Under the pieces are notes generated by a model. It made no database searches. It had not been told where the DNA came from and worked only from the letters and a program-made list of their open reading frames with translations. DNA of 64,000 bases from the NCBI GenBank assembly GCA_013239625.1, contig MU053352.1, forward strand, positions 567,079 to 631,078. The letters run 5' to 3'. Each line of letters starts with the position of its first letter. Within the stretch, counting starts at the first letter, position 1. The position numbers were made by a program, and so were the translations under genes. The DNA comes from Lama guanicoe. Taxonomy: Eukaryota. Shown here piece by piece: positions 63,186-64,000 of the stretch.

Positions 63186-64000
63186 ACAGGCAGTGCACTC
63201 AACTACTCTGTTGACGGCCTCCAACAGCAGAGACCAGCTTTTGGCATCTGTGCAGAACTCGGCCACATGCATCCCTGCCACACAGACGCCACACTCCAGC
63301 CCGAGGCAGCCAGCGGGGACTGAGCGCTGGACGAGTGCTGCCCCAAGTACTGCTCGAAGCACTTATGTATGTGAATGAATTTTAACCTACACTAGCTGAT
63401 AGTGCTGTGATTTCCCCCTTTTCTTGGAGGAAGTGAGGTACACAGACTTTAAATCCAAGGTCTCCCAGCTGTGTACGTGAGAGGTGAAGCCAGGATTCGA
63501 ACCCAGGCTGCCGATGCTGAGCTCGACCACTGCTCTGCTGGAGCCCAGCCTGGGCCCGCAGCCAGACTGTCTGGGTTTGAATGCGACAAGGCCCTGCACG
63601 TAAGCCCTTGGCACAGAGTCTGGAACACATTAAGAGGTGATAAATGTTAGCTGCTAATATCATTAAGACTATTGTTACTACCACTATGGGCTAGCTATGT
63701 GGCCTTCAGCAAGCTGCTGTCTCTGTCTGGGCCTTGGTGAGGTCTCTAAATAGCTTCCAGCTTCAACGTTTTCAGCCCTGTGAGGTTGCAGAGGGCTCTC
63801 TGTTTTTCTTGGGTCTAGAGTTTAAAGCTCTTGAGCTGGCCCTGAGGGGATCAGGATCCAGGCCTGGGGGCCGCACACGAGCCACAGAGGAGGCGGGGTG
63901 GAGTGGAAGCAGGGACAACACACAGGACACCAAAAAGCCTGCCCAGCTAGAGAGCTGGGAGCTCTCTTTCTTCCAGCGACAGGGCCAACTATTTCTCACT

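Overview
Mammalian genomic DNA, most likely a camelid cetartiodactyl judging from the tRNA-derived SINE type and L1 ends, syntenic with the human chr22 PATZ1-PIK3IP1-LIMK2 locus. It holds the last three exons and 3' UTR of PATZ1 (+, 700-~9775) and the complete six-exon PIK3IP1 gene (+, CDS 25261-34082, 792 nt = 263 aa). It also holds a convergent LIMK2 (-): exons 3-16 plus the alternative first exon 1b give a complete LIMK2b CDS of 1854 nt = 617 aa (61026-38075); LIMK2a exons 1-2 lie beyond the window. All splice junctions were read by hand and keep frame. The rest is intronic or intergenic sequence with L1, L2, MIR, MER58 and SINE fragments and one 65-N gap. Nearly all ORFs in the supplied track are spurious. 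I found no convincing wholly new multi-gene system. The best leads are: (1) a TSD-flanked ~345-bp element made of an L1 5' end joined directly to an L1 3' end; (2) an AT-rich, poly(A)-tailed, retrocopy-like insert in LIMK2 intron 15; (3) a GC-AG donor, a dual-coded region and candidate extra exons in PATZ1; (4) a promoter-like CpG island and two frame-preserving stop-free introns in PIK3IP1; (5) in LIMK2, a Leu>His change at PDZ position 152, an N-myristoylation-like 1b N-terminus, a 110-codon overlapping uORF and a candidate testis-type internal first exon. Comparisons with human or mouse proteins and repeat consensi are from memory, not from a database search.
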